A stretch of 64,000 nt of DNA from Gracilinanus agilis (Eukaryota): NCBI RefSeq assembly GCF_016433145.1, contig NC_058132.1:655294875-655358874 (forward strand), read 5' to 3'. The notes under the pieces are model-generated. The model was given only the letters and a program-made list of their open reading frames with translations. It was not told the DNA's origin and searched no databases. Position 1 is the stretch's first letter. Every line of letters starts with the position of its first letter. Below are positions 61,091 to 64,000 of this stretch, in pieces. A program made the translations under genes and the position numbers.

Positions 61091-61325
61091 GGGCAGCTAC
61101 AAGACACAGTGGACAGAGTGTTGAGCCTGGAGTTTGGAAGACCCTGAGTTCAAATCTGGCCTCAGACAGTCACTAGCCGTGACTCTGGGCAAATCACTTA
61201 GCCTCGTTTGCCTCCATTTCCTCCTCTGTAGAATGAATTGGAAGAGGAGATGGCAAACCATGCTAGTATCTTTACCAAGAGAACTTCAAATGGGGTCACA
61301 AAACACTGGACATGAACACAAAAAC
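61091..61325 (+). mobile_element. MAR1-like CORE-SINE
   Basis: GAGTTCAAATCTGGCCTCAGAC...GAAGAGGAGATGGCAAACCATGCTAGTATCTTTACCAAGAGAAC...AATGGGGTCAC. Confidence 0.85.
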
Positions 61326-61554
61326 CGAACGTGTTTATATAGACATGCTCTAATGACTTGGTCCCTTGTCACGTCCTTCCAGTAGAATATAAGCTCTTTG
61401 AGGGCAGGGTCTATTTTGTGTGCCTCTCCTAGGTCTTTGCCCATGTTAATGCCCTCACTCATTGGTGACCATAGTCTGGTTCTCAGGTAGTAATCAAATT
61501 GTGTTCTAGGTATTTGTTTACATATCCCATTTCCCTATTGAATTGTTAGGTTCT

Positions 61555-61755
61555 TTAAAAAATTTTAAATCCTTACCTTCTGTCTTAGAATGGGTACTAA
61601 GTATTGATTCTGAGGCAGAACTGTGAGTGCTAGGCAATTGGGGTTAAGGGACTCGGACAGGGTCACAAAGCTCGGAAGTATCTGAGCTGTATTTGAACCC
61701 AGGTCCTTCCAACTCCAGCCCTGGTGTTCTATCAACTAAGCCATCTAGCTACCCC
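61555..61755 (-). mobile_element. SINE1_Mdo-like SINE
   Basis: CCTTACCTTCTGTCTTAGAAT...TATTGATTCTGAGGCAGAA...TTTGAACCCAGGTCC...CCATCTAGCTACCCC. Confidence 0.9.
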
Positions 61756-61821
61756 AAAAGATAAGGTTCTTGAGGGCAGAGGCTGGGCTTTATTATATTT
61801 ATAAAGCAGGTCCTTAACTTG

Positions 61822-61825
<4 letters not shown>

Positions 61826-61875
<50 letters not shown>

Positions 61876-62150
61876 TTTCTTATGTTTCTTTTTCTCTCCT
61901 TCCTCTTTCTTCTCTCTTTTTCTCTTCCTCCACTCCTTCCTTTATTCCATTTATCTCTGTTTGGAGAGGGGAGTTCTCTTTGTCTCTCTCTCTGTCTCTG
62001 TCTCTCTTTCTCTTCCTCCACTCCCTCCTTTATTCCGTTTATCTCTCTCTTTCTCTCTGTCTGTCTCTTTCTCTTTCTCTCTCTCTTTCTCCTTTCCCAC
62101 CCCTCCCTCTTGAATTCTCTCTTCTCTTACCCCTCTTCCCTTCTTCTCCT
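61826..62150. repeat. (TC)n and CT-rich low-complexity tract with an internal 38-bp duplication
   Basis: 61921-61958 and 62009-62046 are 36/38 identical. Confidence 0.95.
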
Positions 62151-62720
62151 TCCTCTCTCCAATTCATTCTCCATAACTGCCAAAATGGCTTTCTCAAAGG
62201 ACAAGTCTAATCATTTCTCTTTTTCCAGTTAAACTCCTGTGACTCCCTCTTGTCTAAAGAACCAAATATAAAGTCTTCCTTCTGTTTAGCATTCAGAGCT
62301 CTTCATAACCCAGCTCTTCCCCTCTCTTCTGCCCTTACTGTCCAGCCATCACTCTCACTTACTCTTCTACACCTTTAGATCTGCCCCTCACCTTCTTACC
62401 TTTGCACTGGATATACCCCAGGCCAGGAATAAACACTCTCCTTTCCTCTGCCTCTGAAGTTCCTGGTATCTTTTGAATCTCAGCTTGGGTGCCCCCAGCT
62501 TCATGAAGTCTTTCCTGCACCATGTCTCCCCTTAAGCTGCTCATGCAGCCTTTCCTAAAACAATCTTATATTCTGCATAAACTCAAATGTGTAGGTGTTG
62601 TCTTCCCCCATTAGAATGTAAGCTCCTTGAAGGCAGAGACTGTTTCATTTTTTTCTTCATATTTAAAACACTTAGAACATAGTATGGGATTAATAAACAA
62701 TTATTGACTGATTAATTGAT
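62150..62720 (+). mobile_element. LINE-2 3' end
   Basis: CCAATTCATTCTCCATAACTGCCAAAATGG...CCCATTAGAATGTAAGCTCCTTGAAGGCAGAGACTG...TTAATAAA...TTGACTGA. Confidence 0.8.
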
Positions 62721-63879
62721 AGCTCGACTGAATAAATAAAAATATGAATAACTGGAAGGATATATCCTTATATTTCTTTACATAGAGGAATTTGGTCTCA
62801 AGATATGGGTGCTACTCTCTCCACAAGTAGAGATTGCAGCCCATTTACAATTTATCACCCTGGTGATTCCTGTCCAAGTCTTACATAGAGGATCAGTCCA
62901 ATGCCCTATGTGGAGCTTTTTTCTAGTTCCTCAGGCCACATTTCATGGGTATCCATGCCACACTCCACTTTGTTTTCTGCCATCTTTCCTGCTTAATACA
63001 TGGCTGTCCCATCTCCTTTCAATGCAGTTTGATACTTATAAAACACCTACTGTGTGCAAGCCAACATGTAAGACACCTGAGAAACCAAAACCAAACCTTG
63101 TCTTCAAAAGCCTTATATTCTACTATGAAAACACTGCACATTAGTAAATACTGGCCCTATATCAAAGCATTCAGAAACAATCTTTTCTGGTCATCTGTGT
63201 CCTTGAGAACATATTTTGTGCCACGTCTCATGAGTTCTCTAAAATATTGTTTCTTTTGAGATTCACTGTGCCAGCCAAATGGTTCACTTGGAATTACTCA
63301 GGTAGCAGATTTGGAATAAAGAGATGCACTTATGTTGGAAACAGCTTGGGAGTCTGGAAAGTGCTGGTCAGGGTCCTAAACATAGTCCAACCTCATCTCC
63401 TCGTGCTCCACTCTGAGCAGAGGGCACAATTCCCACCTGGAGCTCCAGTCCAAAACACCAGTGCTGATGCACCAGCTAGCTCCATGATCTGCCATCATCT
63501 GGGCAATGTGCCTTCTTCATCTGTTGAATGAAGATAGTACCTAAAAGAAAGCATTTGTCAAGTGAACCATTTGTACTGAAACCTTGCATCGTGCAGCCCA
63601 CAAAAGGGAGAATTCCAGAGAGGCCAGATTTTTTCTGCGCTCTGTCACCTGGCTGCATACTTTGTTCTGAAGAAGGAAAGGTTGTCCTACAATTGGATGA
63701 CTCTGAGCAAGGGAAAGAAATTAATCTGGAGTGGGGGAGGAAATAACAAAAAAAGAGAAAATAATTTGCAAAAGGAAAAAAAAAATTAGGAAATAGAAAC
63801 CAATATACCCTAGAGAACAGAAGGGCATTGTTGGAAAGACTGTTAAATTTGGCTTAAAAACACTAATAAACAAAACAGA

Positions 63880-64000
63880 AAAACAAAAAATCAACAAGCT
63901 ATGCATGGCAGACTTGCAGTTTCAAAGGAAATCTTTCTCTATCCTATGTATATGGAAATGGTCATGTTTGTTGATGACTGTCATGTTAATGAAAACATTT
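63880..64000 (+). mobile_element. Old marsupial LINE-1 3' UTR remnant
   Basis: GCATGGCAGACTTGCAGTTTCA...ATGGAAATG...TTTGTT resembles recalled old marsupial L1 3' ends. Confidence 0.45.

Noticed and set aside
1-64000. tRNA, rRNA, snRNA, known miRNA genes, CRISPR arrays or prokaryote-type systems
   Set aside because: None were seen. The A/B-box-like motifs all belong to tRNA-derived SINE heads, and the sequence is mammalian.

Overview
This is 64 kb of AT-rich, CpG-depleted, repeat-dense mammalian DNA. The repeat set points to a marsupial, most likely a didelphid opossum: SINE1_Mdo-like SINEs, MAR1-like SINEs, marsupial L1 3' ends, L2, MIR and ERV solo LTRs. This assignment is inferred from recalled repeat consensus sequences, not from a database search. 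No host protein-coding gene can be recognised. Nearly all ORFs in the track are microsatellite translations, N-gap artefacts or decayed LINE fragments, so the window looks intronic or intergenic. The only clearly protein-like ORF is a 94-codon hAT (Charlie/Buster-type) transposase C-terminal dimerisation-domain fragment inside a 600-bp non-autonomous element. A 192-bp MITE of the same family lies 10 kb away with a perfect 8-bp TSD and a CTCF-like motif. Other points of interest are a CpG-retaining, palindrome-rich block at about 60.0-61.1 kb (NFI/CCAAT sites, a candidate 75-nt exon, an inverted AC/GT microsatellite hairpin), an apparent 21-bp locally templated insertion, several unique CpG-retaining blocks that may be conserved non-coding elements, and nested insertions with readable TSDs. 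There are four assembly gaps. Repeat family names are by eye and need RepeatMasker/Dfam confirmation.
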